Source: a virus. From it: a stretch of 64,000 bases of DNA. The position numbers were made by a program, and so were the translations under genes. The notes under the pieces were generated by a model. The model was not told where the DNA came from and made no database searches. It saw nothing but the letters and a program-made list of their open reading frames with translations. The first letter of the stretch is position 1. Each line of letters opens with the position of its first letter. The DNA is taken from IMG/VR virus record IMGVR_UViG_3300037484_000374, positions 96,001-160,000 of that record; one strand, 5' to 3'. Shown here piece by piece: positions 36,592 through 46,783 of the stretch.

Positions 36592-39576
36592 ATGTTTTCA
36601 ATAATCATACCTGTAAGTGACAACACATACCAATACTTGGATGCCTGTATTAAAAGCATATACACAACTATGTCACCGGAAGACCAAATTATTATTGGTA
36701 ATTTTGGGACAGATGAAAATATACGATATCCAAAAAGTCTTGTTGTCAAACACATCTATGGTAATGTAACAGAATGTGAGATGATCAATACATGTGTGAA
36801 CCAACATGCCTATAACAAGCAGATAATCATAATTGACCCCACATGTTCCCTTTCAAGAAACTTCTTTAAATACCTAAAGGGTAGACAGAAACCCAACTCT
36901 ATACTTCTTTGCCGAACAGATGTCATTAAAGGAAATACAGCAACCCCTGATGATCGTGTAGGGATAACATCAAACTACTTAACATGTAGAATGAATTGTA
37001 TGTCTTTCTTTAAAACAACAGGAATGAAGATTGGTCTGTTTAATCACATATTCAAAGATTCTAAAGACTATAGCCATGGAACCGCTTTTTGTAAGATCGG
37101 TGAAGAAAGGTTGGGTTGTCTCATTGAGTATGTATATAACGCAAGGGTTTATAAAGTTGCCGGTACAGAGAGAACCAATAAGGATTATCCTCTTGTTAGT
37201 AAAGTGGTTGAAATGTTCGATGTTGGTATAACTCAGACAGACGGTATAACTATTATCCTACCATCCACACAATCGAATATACGCCAATTTATCCTAAACA
37301 ATAAAGATGCCAATGATGAACTTATTTGTTTTAATGCAACCGGTGACACCATATACAAATACGCCAATGAACACATAACAAAAGCGGCGAATAGTAGAAT
37401 TGTATTTGTATCACCAACATCAACAATATATCCAAAGGATATTCTCACACTTTTCAGGAATAAGTATAATAATAAAAAGTTGATATATAGTGACACCATT
37501 CCTGGTTCCAGAATACAGAATATGACAGATAACTTGTGGGTGTGTTTTGATAAGAGAGCATATAGGAAAACTACCAGTGCATATCCAACAATCACAGACT
37601 TCATAAAATCAGTGATGAAGAGTTTCGATGGTGGTATTGAGTTTATAGATCACAAAGAGATTAAAGAGATCACCAAGAAGGGCGTTACCCCAAATTATAA
37701 TAAAGTTGTTGTTGAGAGAAAGACAAGAAGAAAGAAAAAACCTGTGGTTGTTGTTGAGCCTGTACCCGTACCTGTACCTGTACCTGTACCTGTACCTGTA
37801 ATCAGCAATATAAAAACATCGTTCATCATTCCTTTCATGTTTGTTGGTGATAGGTTCCCTCTATTCGAGGCCACCATTGAAAGACTGTATTCTCTTGCAA
37901 AGAACGATCCAAAAATGGAAATTATCGTTCATGAGACAGGACCAGTGCGAACCCTTCAAAGAGACTTCCTGCAAAAGTATCATATAAAATATATGTACTC
38001 TCAGTGGGATGAGGTGTTTCATCGAAGCTGGAGTCTAAATGTTCCTATCAGGTGTATGGATGTTGGTGAGAGGCTTGTGTTTATGGATGCTGATCTTCTT
38101 ATAACAAAGGAGTGGTTGGAAGAAGTAAAAACATCATTGGGATTATATATCGGGTGGGGTAAGATGTTTAATCTCAATAAACAAGCAACAAACCACTACC
38201 TGAGAACAAAAGAAATTATACCAGCATATGAGAGAGTAAGAACCCCAAGCATGATGGGTGCGGCTGGTGGTATTACTATAATACCAAAAAAAGACCTTAT
38301 TGATATAGGTGGATGGCCAGAGGATTTTAGGGGTACATGGGGTGGTGAAGATAATGCAATGTTAATGAAGTTACAGAAACTTGGATACAAAAGAAACATA
38401 TTCAAATCTGGTGTATATCATTTAACCCATGATCACAAAACTCATAGGGATGGGACAAGATATAATACCATTAGTGTTATGAAAGATTTCTCTGAGAAAG
38501 ATTGGCGTGATCACATGAAATGTAGATGTGATTGGGGTAAGAGGGTATATGAGTCTCTTGTAGAGGATCATAGCTATAAAGCCCTTACAAACACATACCC
38601 TGTGTCAAGACTCGAAGGGAAACCACTGAAAATACTATGGTGTAATATAGATAGAAGTCATCGGGTAGCAAAGCATTTTGATAGTCTATTAAAACAGGTT
38701 AAGAGGGTAGCTAGTGTCACTGTTTTGACCCATGGGGTAGGCGATGATCACCCTATGGTATTTATAGAGAAAGTTATTAATGGTAAGATAAAAGTGGAAC
38801 ATATCATAACAGATCATATAAAGGGTCATAAAGATTATGATTGTATCGTAACGGATTCTTTATTTGCTTTTATGCAAGAAGATTGGGATGCTATAAATAT
38901 TCCAAAATTTATGATATTAGAAGATCAACATGGTGATATTGCCAAGAAAACGGTAGAGTTTTCTATAAAGAATAACATAAAAATACTCCACAGATACCAG
39001 TTTAATAAATTTTTTACTGATGTTCCAGATCAAATAAAATGTGTTTGGTTCCCCCATTCTGTTGATGTTGATGTGTTTAAAGATTATGGATTAAAGAAAG
39101 AGTTCTCTGTTCTACAAGTCGGTGCTTTATATAAGATGTACACTATCAGAAATGAGGTTGTGAAGTCTTTGAAAAACACACAATTATTAAAACAGATAAC
39201 AAGACCTGTGGAGACTTCAAAAACACCATGGCCTGTCGGTGTAGACTATGCCAAGTTGATTAATCAGGCTTGCCTAACAGTTACCTGTGGTGCGGATGTA
39301 CAATATCCTGTCATGAAATTTTTCGAGATAGGAGCATGTAACAGTGTTATATATAGTTCATATTTTCCAGAGTTGAAAGACCTTGGTTTTATTCCTAACA
39401 TAAACATGCTTGAAGTTGATCGGGATAATATTCATAGTCAGGTCAAAACAATTCTTGGTCATAAGAATAGATTAAACGAGTTATCAATGAACGGTTTGAG
39501 ACTTATACAAGAGCGACATACAACAGTTATCAGGGCAAGAGAACTGATAGAAATACTAAAAAATAATAAGAAATGA
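36592..39576 (+). CDS. multidomain glycosyltransferase (GT2-like, GT2/GT7-like, C-terminal GT-B)
   Basis: FSIIIP, VFMDADL, GGWPEDFRGTWGGED, PHSVD...MKFFEIGAC; (PV)n linker. Confidence 0.85.
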   Translation: MFSIIIPVSDNTYQYLDACIKSIYTTMSPEDQIIIGNFGTDENIRYPKSLVVKHIYGNVTECEMINTCVNQHAYNKQIIIIDPTCSLSRNFFKYLKGRQKPNSILLCRTDVIKGNTATPDDRVGITSNYLTCRMNCMSFFKTTGMKIGLFNHIFKDSKDYSHGTAFCKIGEERLGCLIEYVYNARVYKVAGTERTNKDYPLVSKVVEMFDVGITQTDGITIILPSTQSNIRQFILNNKDANDELICFNATGDTIYKYANEHITKAANSRIVFVSPTSTIYPKDILTLFRNKYNNKKLIYSDTIPGSRIQNMTDNLWVCFDKRAYRKTTSAYPTITDFIKSVMKSFDGGIEFIDHKEIKEITKKGVTPNYNKVVVERKTRRKKKPVVVVEPVPVPVPVPVPVPVISNIKTSFIIPFMFVGDRFPLFEATIERLYSLAKNDPKMEIIVHETGPVRTLQRDFLQKYHIKYMYSQWDEVFHRSWSLNVPIRCMDVGERLVFMDADLLITKEWLEEVKTSLGLYIGWGKMFNLNKQATNHYLRTKEIIPAYERVRTPSMMGAAGGITIIPKKDLIDIGGWPEDFRGTWGGEDNAMLMKLQKLGYKRNIFKSGVYHLTHDHKTHRDGTRYNTISVMKDFSEKDWRDHMKCRCDWGKRVYESLVEDHSYKALTNTYPVSRLEGKPLKILWCNIDRSHRVAKHFDSLLKQVKRVASVTVLTHGVGDDHPMVFIEKVINGKIKVEHIITDHIKGHKDYDCIVTDSLFAFMQEDWDAINIPKFMILEDQHGDIAKKTVEFSIKNNIKILHRYQFNKFFTDVPDQIKCVWFPHSVDVDVFKDYGLKKEFSVLQVGALYKMYTIRNEVVKSLKNTQLLKQITRPVETSKTPWPVGVDYAKLINQACLTVTCGADVQYPVMKFFEIGACNSVIYSSYFPELKDLGFIPNINMLEVDRDNIHSQVKTILGHKNRLNELSMNGLRLIQERHTTVIRARELIEILKNNKK

Positions 39577-40085
39577 AGAAATTAACATACGAACATATTA
39601 AAGAACAAATTGAAAAAAAGGGGGGGGTATACTTTTTAAGCGATAGTTATGAAAATGCTCATGTGAAACTTGAAGTAAAGTGTCCAAATGGACATAAATA
39701 TATAGTAACATGGAATAGATTTCAACAAGGACATAAATGCCCTGAGTGCTATGCTGAATCAACATCTTCCAAAGTAGAAATTGAAATTTTTGAATTTATC
39801 AAAAACATTTATGATGGTGAAACAATCTCTAACGATAGAACACAAATAGTCAATCCAGAAACAGGTTGTAATTTGGAATTAGACGTATATCTTCCAGAAT
39901 TAAATAAAGCAATAGAATTCAACGGTGTTTATTGGCACTGTTTAAAAAATGTAAAGAGACGTGGCACTGTTTAAAAAATGTAAAGAGAAAGGTATTGGTT
40001 TAATGATAATTGATGAAGAAATTTATAATTTTAACAAAGAAAAATGTTTAGACAAAATTAGAGAATTTGTAAAAGAGAAATTCTA
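39573..40085 (+). pseudogene. homing endonuclease paralog, frameshifted by a 27-bp duplication
   Basis: TGGCACTGTTTAAAAAATGTAAAGAGA twice; C-terminus KCKEKGIGLMIIDEE continues in another frame. Confidence 0.7.
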
Positions 40086-40098
40086 AAAGGAGATAGAT

Positions 40099-40512
40099 AT
40101 GATATACACACCACTAAAAACAAAAACTATCATGGTTGATGTTTTTGATATATACGTATCGGTACTACTTTCACAGAAACAATTTGAAGCGTTCATAGAA
40201 ATGAACGATATCTATGATACAAGAATGGGGAATCTGCAATGGGAAGCAATCAACGGTTGTTATGCATATCTACTAGATGGAAACGCTCAAGCATATTATA
40301 TACTTGTTTTACGAACACATGATATTTACACAATTATCCACGAATGTGTGCATCTCGTTCACAGCATTGTTGATCATCTTGGTATTCCATTGACAATTCA
40401 GAATACTGAAACCATCGCTTATATGACAACAAGTTTATGCAAGAAAGCCATGGTGGTGGTAGAGGAATATACCAAGGAGCATGTAAAGAAAAAGAAAAAA
40501 GTAAAAGTATAA
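40099..40512 (+). CDS. HExxH-containing hypothetical protein
   Basis: IIHECVHLVH...ETIAY. Confidence 0.65.
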   Translation: MIYTPLKTKTIMVDVFDIYVSVLLSQKQFEAFIEMNDIYDTRMGNLQWEAINGCYAYLLDGNAQAYYILVLRTHDIYTIIHECVHLVHSIVDHLGIPLTIQNTETIAYMTTSLCKKAMVVVEEYTKEHVKKKKKVKV

Positions 40513-40531
40513 GAAGGAGGAGGAGATAGAT

Positions 40532-41353
40532 ATGAAACAAATATTAAAAGATGTGTGTGAAAGATATGATTTTCTGAATTATGAAAAACTGTTAGAATAC
40601 CCTATGCCTCTAAATGCTCCTATAATCACCGTAGCGATGCTTTCATTTATGAGGTATGACAGGCTCATCTCAACCCTTAAAAACCTCTTATCGCTCCATA
40701 TACCCCTTAATTTATGTATCAGGGTACAGGGTACTGAGTTATTAACATATTTCCAAAAAAGAGACATATTAAAATTTGTTGATGCGTTCAGCGGTCACGA
40801 TATCCAATTTACAAGAGGGAACCACGGAACCGGTACACCACGGGGAGATGTTATAGAAAGAGCATATAAGCATTTCGATACTCCTTATATATTAACCACC
40901 GATGACGATATGTTATGGAAAACAGAATCATTAATAATACAACGATACATGCTTGAAACAAATAAAGAATTGGGTGCATGTAGCGTGACCTGTACGCCTC
41001 ATTATAATGCTTGGAATATAATAGGTGACAAGTTGGTGGGAAGAACACCTATACCACCATTTGATATCAATGTAGATGCATCTGGGTCTGGGACAATGCT
41101 ATTCAAACGCCAAATACTTGACAATTCAGAAGTGGTCTATGATAAAAACTTTTATATAGGCTGGGCCGATTTCGATTTCTGTATGCAGATGAGAAAGAAA
41201 TGGAAAATTGGCATCATAGATATCCCAGAGCTAAAAATCAAAAACAATTATGATCCAAAAGCCAAAGACTACTTGGCTGTAAGGGGTTGTAAACAACACA
41301 ACATCAATTCAAAGAAATACTTCCAAAAGAAATGGGGTTTATTAATTTCATAG
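40532..41353 (+). CDS. glycosyltransferase family 2
   Basis: ILTTDDDM, FYIGWADFDFC, KKWG. Confidence 0.82.
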   Translation: MKQILKDVCERYDFLNYEKLLEYPMPLNAPIITVAMLSFMRYDRLISTLKNLLSLHIPLNLCIRVQGTELLTYFQKRDILKFVDAFSGHDIQFTRGNHGTGTPRGDVIERAYKHFDTPYILTTDDDMLWKTESLIIQRYMLETNKELGACSVTCTPHYNAWNIIGDKLVGRTPIPPFDINVDASGSGTMLFKRQILDNSEVVYDKNFYIGWADFDFCMQMRKKWKIGIIDIPELKIKNNYDPKAKDYLAVRGCKQHNINSKKYFQKKWGLLIS

Positions 41354-41484
41354 TCTGGTTTACATCTCATTAAAAATACGTTATAATATATTTAATGAGA
41401 TGTATCATTAAACAAGCCCTAAATGGTTTGGTGTGATCAATTGCAAAATAATGACCAACCTCTTCCAATTGAGAAATTGAGAAT

Positions 41485-42504
41485 ATGCGTCTATTAATTA
41501 CAGGTGGTACGGGTTATATAGGGTCACATACATGTGTTGTGTTGATGCAAGCTGGTCACGAAGTGGTGATCTTAGACAACCTTTGCAACAGTCGGCGCGA
41601 TGTGGTTAATCGTATTGGCCGGATTGTCGGTTGGGAGCCTGCGTTCGTTGAGGGTGACGTGCGTGATCGCTCTTTGGTTCGCCGATTGCTTAATGACGAA
41701 GGTATTGATGGTGTGATGCACTTCGCTGGCTTGAAGGCGGTGGGAGAGTCGGTGGCCCAACCTCTTGCCTATTACGATTGCAATGTTTGCAGCACCATTG
41801 CATTGTTCGAGTCAATGGTGGAGGCGGGGGTGAAGGTACTGGTTTTCAGCTCGTCCGCAACAGTTTACGGATATCCAAAGACAGTGCCAATTAGTGAGGA
41901 TTTTCCATGTTCAGCAACTAATCCTTACGGACGTAGTAAACTTATAATTGAGGATATCTTATCCGACCTTCTCAGGGCAGACCCGGCATGGTGTATTGCA
42001 TGTTTGCGCTATTTCAACCCAGTTGGGGCGCATGAGAGTGGTATGATAGGCGAGGCGCCACTTGGTGTACCTAATAACCTCGTGCCTTATATAACTGACG
42101 TGGCGGCAGGGCGGCGGGAACGGCTCGAGGTTTTCGGTGACGATTATTCTACCCGGGATGGTACAGGAGTGCGTGATTACATTCATGTTATGGATATGGC
42201 CGAAGGACACGTAGCCGCACTTAACGCGCTTGTAGCCAAAAGCGGAATGTTTACTGTCAACCTAGGTACAGGGTGCGGCTACACAGTGTTGGAAATGGTT
42301 CGTGCGTTTGCTGCTGCGAGTGGGAAAGAAGTTCCCTATGTTTTATCCCCTCGTCGTCCTGGTGATGTGGCTGAGTGTTATGCAGATGCGACACTCGCAT
42401 CGACATTGTTGAATTGGCAGGCAAAGCGGGATATCCATGCCATGTGCCGTGACACTTGGAGATGGGAACAATGGCGTTTACATTCCATTAAAAATATGTT
42501 ATAA
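41485..42504 (+). CDS. galE: UDP-glucose 4-epimerase
   Basis: TGGTGYIGSH, HFAGLKAVGES, YGRSK, LRYFNPVGAH, GVRDYIHV; GC clearly above flanks. Confidence 0.95.
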   Translation: MRLLITGGTGYIGSHTCVVLMQAGHEVVILDNLCNSRRDVVNRIGRIVGWEPAFVEGDVRDRSLVRRLLNDEGIDGVMHFAGLKAVGESVAQPLAYYDCNVCSTIALFESMVEAGVKVLVFSSSATVYGYPKTVPISEDFPCSATNPYGRSKLIIEDILSDLLRADPAWCIACLRYFNPVGAHESGMIGEAPLGVPNNLVPYITDVAAGRRERLEVFGDDYSTRDGTGVRDYIHVMDMAEGHVAALNALVAKSGMFTVNLGTGCGYTVLEMVRAFAAASGKEVPYVLSPRRPGDVAECYADATLASTLLNWQAKRDIHAMCRDTWRWEQWRLHSIKNML

Positions 42505-43296
42505 TATATTATAAGATAAATTAAAAGGAGTAATTATAAATTTCAAAGATGATCTTCATGATCTAAAGAAACTGTTTAAAAATAAAGGGGAAGAAATGGC
42601 GCACGAGATGGGAGTCGAAGAATTTTTTCGGGGGGTAAAAGACCTCCGAGAAATGAGAAAAAACGACCCGGAAGGCTATCAAAAGTGGTGTAACGACAGG
42701 GGACTGACAGAAGATTCAGAGCCATTGGTGTTTACTGCGGACCCGGATGAATAGCGGTTTGGTGTTATGGAACCATAATTTATATCAAGTGGTGATCAAG
42801 TAGCAATAATTGACTATAATATAAGTTATACTTACCTGAGAGCAAAGAGCATTTAGTATAATAATAACAGTTATATACAAAAATGTGTTAATTTGTAAAA
42901 AAGTAGTCTAAAATTGTCCATATAATGTAATAATCTGTTAAAAATTGAATAGGAATATAATATGAAGATAGGTGATAAGGGTTGTTGGTCTCTGGAACAC
43001 AAACTATTGAGGTGCAGCGATGACGAGTAATTCAGGAGATTATGGATATGAATCAAGATGAAGCGGATATGAATCAAGATGAAATTGAAAGACAAGCAGA
43101 TGAATTTTTTGCAACAAAGCTAATGAAAACTGTTAAGGTTAGCAATAATGATTGTTTCGGTTGCCGGGCGAAACGTAAAAAACGTAAAAAACGTGGATTG
43201 CCTTGTTAAGGTTAGAAGTAAGCGGCAGGCCACAGGGCGACCACTTATTAATTTTTTTTGCCGGATGCGTTATCCCATGCGGTTGAGGAATTGGTT

Positions 43297-43515
43297 ATGT
43301 CGATAAAAGTAAATAAAATTCGTGTAGTTATATATCCCGCCGACTTTCCGAAAAATATAAAAATGACCCCTGAAAATTGGAGCGACTGGCTAACCGGCAA
43401 GTTGGTTGACCACGGGATACCAGCAGATACCCCACAAACTGTTAATAGTGGGGTTATAAGTCGATTTGATGACCCCGGAAATGAGGGGCAGATTATTTAC
43501 GAGTGGAAAGCATAA
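43297..43515 (+). CDS. cassette ORF, hypothetical
   Basis: GAGG RBS; stop in GCATAAC of attC. Confidence 0.65.
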   Translation: MSIKVNKIRVVIYPADFPKNIKMTPENWSDWLTGKLVDHGIPADTPQTVNSGVISRFDDPGNEGQIIYEWKA

Positions 43516-43603
43516 CGCTTCGGTTAACCAGTGGCGAGCCACCGAAGCAATTTATTAAACTCAACAGCAGACCCCGCCATCTGCGTTGAACCGATTGTTA
43601 TAT
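43510..43603 (+). mobile_element. attC-like site 1
   Basis: GCATAAC...TCGGTT-AAC / GTT-G-AACCGA...GTTATAT with extrahelical base. Confidence 0.8.
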
Positions 43604-43618
43604 TTCAGGAGGCGCAGG

Positions 43619-43834
43619 ATGGAAAAGATAGTTGGTGATTGGCATATTGAAGTAACGATGTCAGCGGATGAAGCAAAAGAGGTCTGCAAGATGGGTAGTG
43701 GTGCTGGCGGTTTTGAGTGCATCAGGATGTCATACCCAGCGAACGGGAGCATTTTCTCTCGTTTGAAGGACGGGACTATGAAGGCAAAGGGCGAAGGTGG
43801 ATGGGCCGGTTGTGCTTGGCACGGGGAAATATAA
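43619..43834 (+). CDS. cassette ORF, hypothetical
   Basis: AGGAGG RBS right after attC; stop in ATATAAC. Confidence 0.65.
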   Translation: MEKIVGDWHIEVTMSADEAKEVCKMGSGAGGFECIRMSYPANGSIFSRLKDGTMKAKGEGGWAGCAWHGEI

Positions 43835-43945
43835 CGACAAGTTGAGACGCGTCACGCGGAACTTAGCAAAGATAAATTAAACAATGGAGGACAATCCGCC
43901 AAGAAAGTGCCAGTGTGGGCGTCGGGCTTGAGCGGATTGTTATGC
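43829..43945 (+). mobile_element. attC-like site 2
   Basis: ATATAAC...GTTATGC, inner arms partly diverged. Confidence 0.7.
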
Positions 43946-43954
43946 GAGGTTTTT

Positions 43955-44224
43955 ATGATTGATTTTAAAAAAGTAAAACCACCTAGCCTACTTGATATGT
44001 TCGGTAAATCTGTTGATGAATGGACGGTTAATGAAAAGCTACATATTGCGACAGAGTATAAAAAACTGCAATGCAACAATATAGAGTGCCACTGTGGAAG
44101 AGATGTGCTGAAAAGCATTTGGGAAGCAATACACCAGACTCCAGCATGTGGATTAAATGCGATACTTTGTGCGGCAGCGCAAGAAATTGACGCTTTGCGA
44201 AACATGGTTAATGCCGACACATAA
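43955..44224 (+). CDS. cassette ORF, hypothetical
   Basis: GAGG RBS after attC; stop in ACATAAC (truncated attC at 44219). Confidence 0.65.
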   Translation: MIDFKKVKPPSLLDMFGKSVDEWTVNEKLHIATEYKKLQCNNIECHCGRDVLKSIWEAIHQTPACGLNAILCAAAQEIDALRNMVNADT

Positions 44225-44355
44225 CGCTCCGGCTACAAAACCAGGGCAACAAAAAATAATTAATATCATTTTTTCTATTGACTCTCTCTGATATTATGGT
44301 ATTATTAAATCAAAGGGAAGGCAATAAAGCACTCTCGCAAAACAGGGAGCAAGAC

Positions 44356-44547
44356 ATGAAAACTTACAAAGAAATGTACGAAGAAGCCGCTGCTAAAACA
44401 AACGGAGAATACAAGGGGTATACAAAAGGCAACGCCCTTTCTCTGTACGTTGACGAAAAATACGGGGTGAATGCGGCGGCGAACAATGCCGCTCATGACG
44501 CTCTTTGTGAAGTTGCATCAACAATGAGTTTGGACGATGAAGAGTAA
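44356..44547 (+). CDS. small acidic protein with own sigma70 promoter
   Basis: TTGACT-N16-TATTAT at 44278, GGAG RBS. Confidence 0.6.
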   Translation: MKTYKEMYEEAAAKTNGEYKGYTKGNALSLYVDEKYGVNAAANNAAHDALCEVASTMSLDDEE

Positions 44548-44804
44548 AAAGGCGGCAATAGACCGGCCCTTGCACCTGAAGAAAAGCCGGTTGATATCTC
44601 CCTGCGCCCCCGCGCGATCTGGTTGAGAAACTGGACGCTATGGAAGGCAGTCGGGCGAAACTGATAATTGCAGCCTGTCCGGCCTCGATAATAAAAAATA
44701 AATAAAATAGAAATAAATTGCGATTATCGCTTGACGCAATAGAAATATAATGCTATACTGTATTTAACAAAGGGCGATAAAGCCAAAGTTAAAAGGAGAT
44801 AGCA

Positions 44805-45059
44805 ATGAAACTTAAATCAGACGACAAAAAAACTAATCAGTACCTTTTTCATTCCGAAGAGATTTCCGTTGTTGAGTCTACCGACGCTTACAAACTGGTG
44901 GAATTTAAACGCGGCTTGGATTTCGGGCTTGCTCTTGTAATTGACGGAAAAGTAAAAGAGCTTCAGTGTCGTGGCAGATACGAATGGGACAAGATGAAAA
45001 AAGCAAACCCGGACACTTGGATTTCTGATATGAAAGAATATTTCATCTTCTTCATGTAA
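44805..45059 (+). CDS. hypothetical protein with own sigma70 promoter
   Basis: TTGACG-N17-TATACT at 44731, AGGAG RBS. Confidence 0.65.
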   Translation: MKLKSDDKKTNQYLFHSEEISVVESTDAYKLVEFKRGLDFGLALVIDGKVKELQCRGRYEWDKMKKANPDTWISDMKEYFIFFM

Positions 45060-45075
45060 TCAAAGGAGGCACAAA

Positions 45076-45318
45076 ATGAAATTTGAAAAATATGTTTTCG
45101 GGACGATGTTAAACGGATGGAGTATCACAAAATACACGGACGGCGAAATGATTCGGATTGTTGCAGAACATTCCGAGCACGACGATGCCGGTGAAAGGAA
45201 TTTTGAAAGCGAAAATGATTATGAAATATGGATTGACAGCATAGTTGATGATGAGACAGCGATCTATAGCCCGGCCGAAGCGGTTAACCGTGTGTTGAAG
45301 GCACTAAGAAATGACTGA
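45076..45318 (+). CDS. hypothetical acidic protein
   Basis: AGGAGG RBS. Confidence 0.65.
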   Translation: MKFEKYVFGTMLNGWSITKYTDGEMIRIVAEHSEHDDAGERNFESENDYEIWIDSIVDDETAIYSPAEAVNRVLKALRND

Positions 45319-45479
45319 TTACGTCAAACAACTTCGAGAAAAAGGCTGGACGGCTCAAGAACTGGCGAAGCGGTGGGGGGGTTACTCCCCGCCGCATTTC
45401 GCAAATCGGCAATGGCCCGAGTCAAAAAGATTGGGACGCTTTGGCCGGGCTGCCGCCCAAAGTTGCCCCGGCAGACTAA
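45311..45479 (+). pseudogene. small HTH regulator, frameshifted in a G7 tract
   Basis: removing one G gives GWTAQELAKRWGVTPRRISQI...VAPAD with stop in GACTAAC of the attC. Confidence 0.65.
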
Positions 45480-45539
45480 CGACCAGCATAAGCGGTTGCC
45501 GGGCAGTTTCGGCAATCCGACTTAATGCGCTGGTTATGC
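45474..45539 (+). mobile_element. attC-like site 4 (66 bp)
   Basis: GACTAAC-GACCAGCATAAG-CGGTTGCCG...CGGCAATCCG-A-CTTA-ATGC-GCTG-GTTATGC. Confidence 0.85.
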
Positions 45540-45707
45540 GATTTTAAATTTATGGGGGTGGCGGTACCTAATCTTGGTTGCTCTTGATTACTGCGAAAAG
45601 ACGCAGGCCCCCCCGCCTTTTTACATTATGGCCGAAAGCATATGAGAACACATCCGCCGTGGACCGGGGCCATGTGTGAGTAGGCCATTTGGGGAAGAGG
45701 AGAGAAA

Positions 45708-45899
45708 ATGAAATTAAGGCTATCAAAAGAAAAAGACATGATGTGCGGGTGGTGTTTTGAACCGGATGATGTCCTGGCGATCCGCGACGAATATGAGAAG
45801 AGAAACGGAAACGAGGTTGCCAGCGATCTTGAATTTATGGATGATATTTTGGCAATCCTCTGGGAACACAAACTATTGAGGTGCAGCGATGACGAGTAA
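45708..45899 (+). CDS. cassette ORF, hypothetical
   Basis: GAGGAG RBS. Confidence 0.55.
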   Translation: MKLRLSKEKDMMCGWCFEPDDVLAIRDEYEKRNGNEVASDLEFMDDILAILWEHKLLRCSDDE

Positions 45900-46083
45900 A
45901 GAAATGATGCAGACAAAGCTAAAAAAAGGGGGAATTTTTGAAAACCAGAGCAAGCTTGGCAGTAAGCCAAACTGGAAGATCATTCCTGCGAATATCGACA
46001 AGTATCCGTCTTTTGCTGCTTTCTGCGATGAATGTGGCTGCCCGTTCCATGACGGAAAACCGGGATGCTATTGTTCAGCATAA
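45889..46083 (+). CDS. cassette ORF, Cys-rich C-terminus
   Basis: GAGG RBS; stop in GCATAAC. Confidence 0.55.
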   Translation: MTSKEMMQTKLKKGGIFENQSKLGSKPNWKIIPANIDKYPSFAAFCDECGCPFHDGKPGCYCSA

Positions 46084-46170
46084 CGCCCCGCATAACCAGC
46101 GTGGCCTAAAGGTTAATTCCCGATAGGGCCGCAGGCGTTTACCACGTCTGCGTTTATGCGATTGTTGGGC
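46078..46170 (+). mobile_element. attC-like site 5
   Basis: GCATAAC...CGCATAAC-CAG-CGTGG / CCACG-T-CTG-CGTT-TATGCG...GTTGGGC. Confidence 0.85.
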
Positions 46171-46184
46171 CGCTCTTGACCTTA

Positions 46185-46445
46185 TTATTTTTTAAAATCA
46201 ATTGGTAAATAAATGGTGAATCCATGAGAAACACGTTTATTGGAATATTTATATTCACAGTAACCCCTTGGCTTTCTTTCTCCTCTACATGACTGTTCAT
46301 TTTCTATCATGTGTTCAGAGCATAAAAAGCCACACGTTTCGTCTTGTTCTACAAATATTTCTTTAATGTCTTGATAACAGTCATAAAGATAAACTTTATA
46401 ATCAGCGCTATTGGTACAATTTTTTACACAACATTTTTGTTTCAT
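46185..46445 (-). CDS. Cys-rich hypothetical protein, antisense within cassette
   Basis: MKQKCCVKNC...LCSEH, GAGG RBS. Confidence 0.55.
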   Translation of the reverse strand: MKQKCCVKNCTNSADYKVYLYDCYQDIKEIFVEQDETCGFLCSEHMIENEQSCRGERKPRGYCEYKYSNKRVSHGFTIYLPIDFKK

Positions 46446-46473
46446 GTTTAACCTCAAATTTATGGTGAATAAA

Positions 46474-46743
46474 ATGAAAGAAATTGAAATTAAAATTACA
46501 GGCGAAAACAAGACTGGTAAAAGTAAAATTGCATGTTTGATAAGTAATGTCTTAAAAAATAGTGGAGCAACAATAACTTGTGAAGATGATTTCTTTAATT
46601 ATGTAGGTAAAAACATTAATTTAGAAGAATGTAATATTGTTGTTAAAGTTCAATCTGTTAAATATCGGGCTCCCAACGGTATGACTATAATGTATGGCGA
46701 TCCAAAAGAAGGCAAAAGTTGTCATGAGAACCATGTTTTATAA
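46474..46743 (+). CDS. hypothetical protein with P-loop-like motif
   Basis: ITGENKTGKS. Confidence 0.5.
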   Translation: MKEIEIKITGENKTGKSKIACLISNVLKNSGATITCEDDFFNYVGKNINLEECNIVVKVQSVKYRAPNGMTIMYGDPKEGKSCHENHVL

Positions 46744-46783
46744 AACCTTTTGTTTATAACCTGGGCGGAAGTCGCAAGCCTCC

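Noticed and set aside
37759-37800. CCTGTA tandem repeat as a regulatory element
   Set aside because: In-frame hexamer encoding a Pro-Val linker between glycosyltransferase domains.
4516-39974. Similar endonuclease C-termini as a diversity-generating retroelement TR/VR pair
   Set aside because: No reverse transcriptase in the window; the similarity is explained by paralogy of coding sequences.
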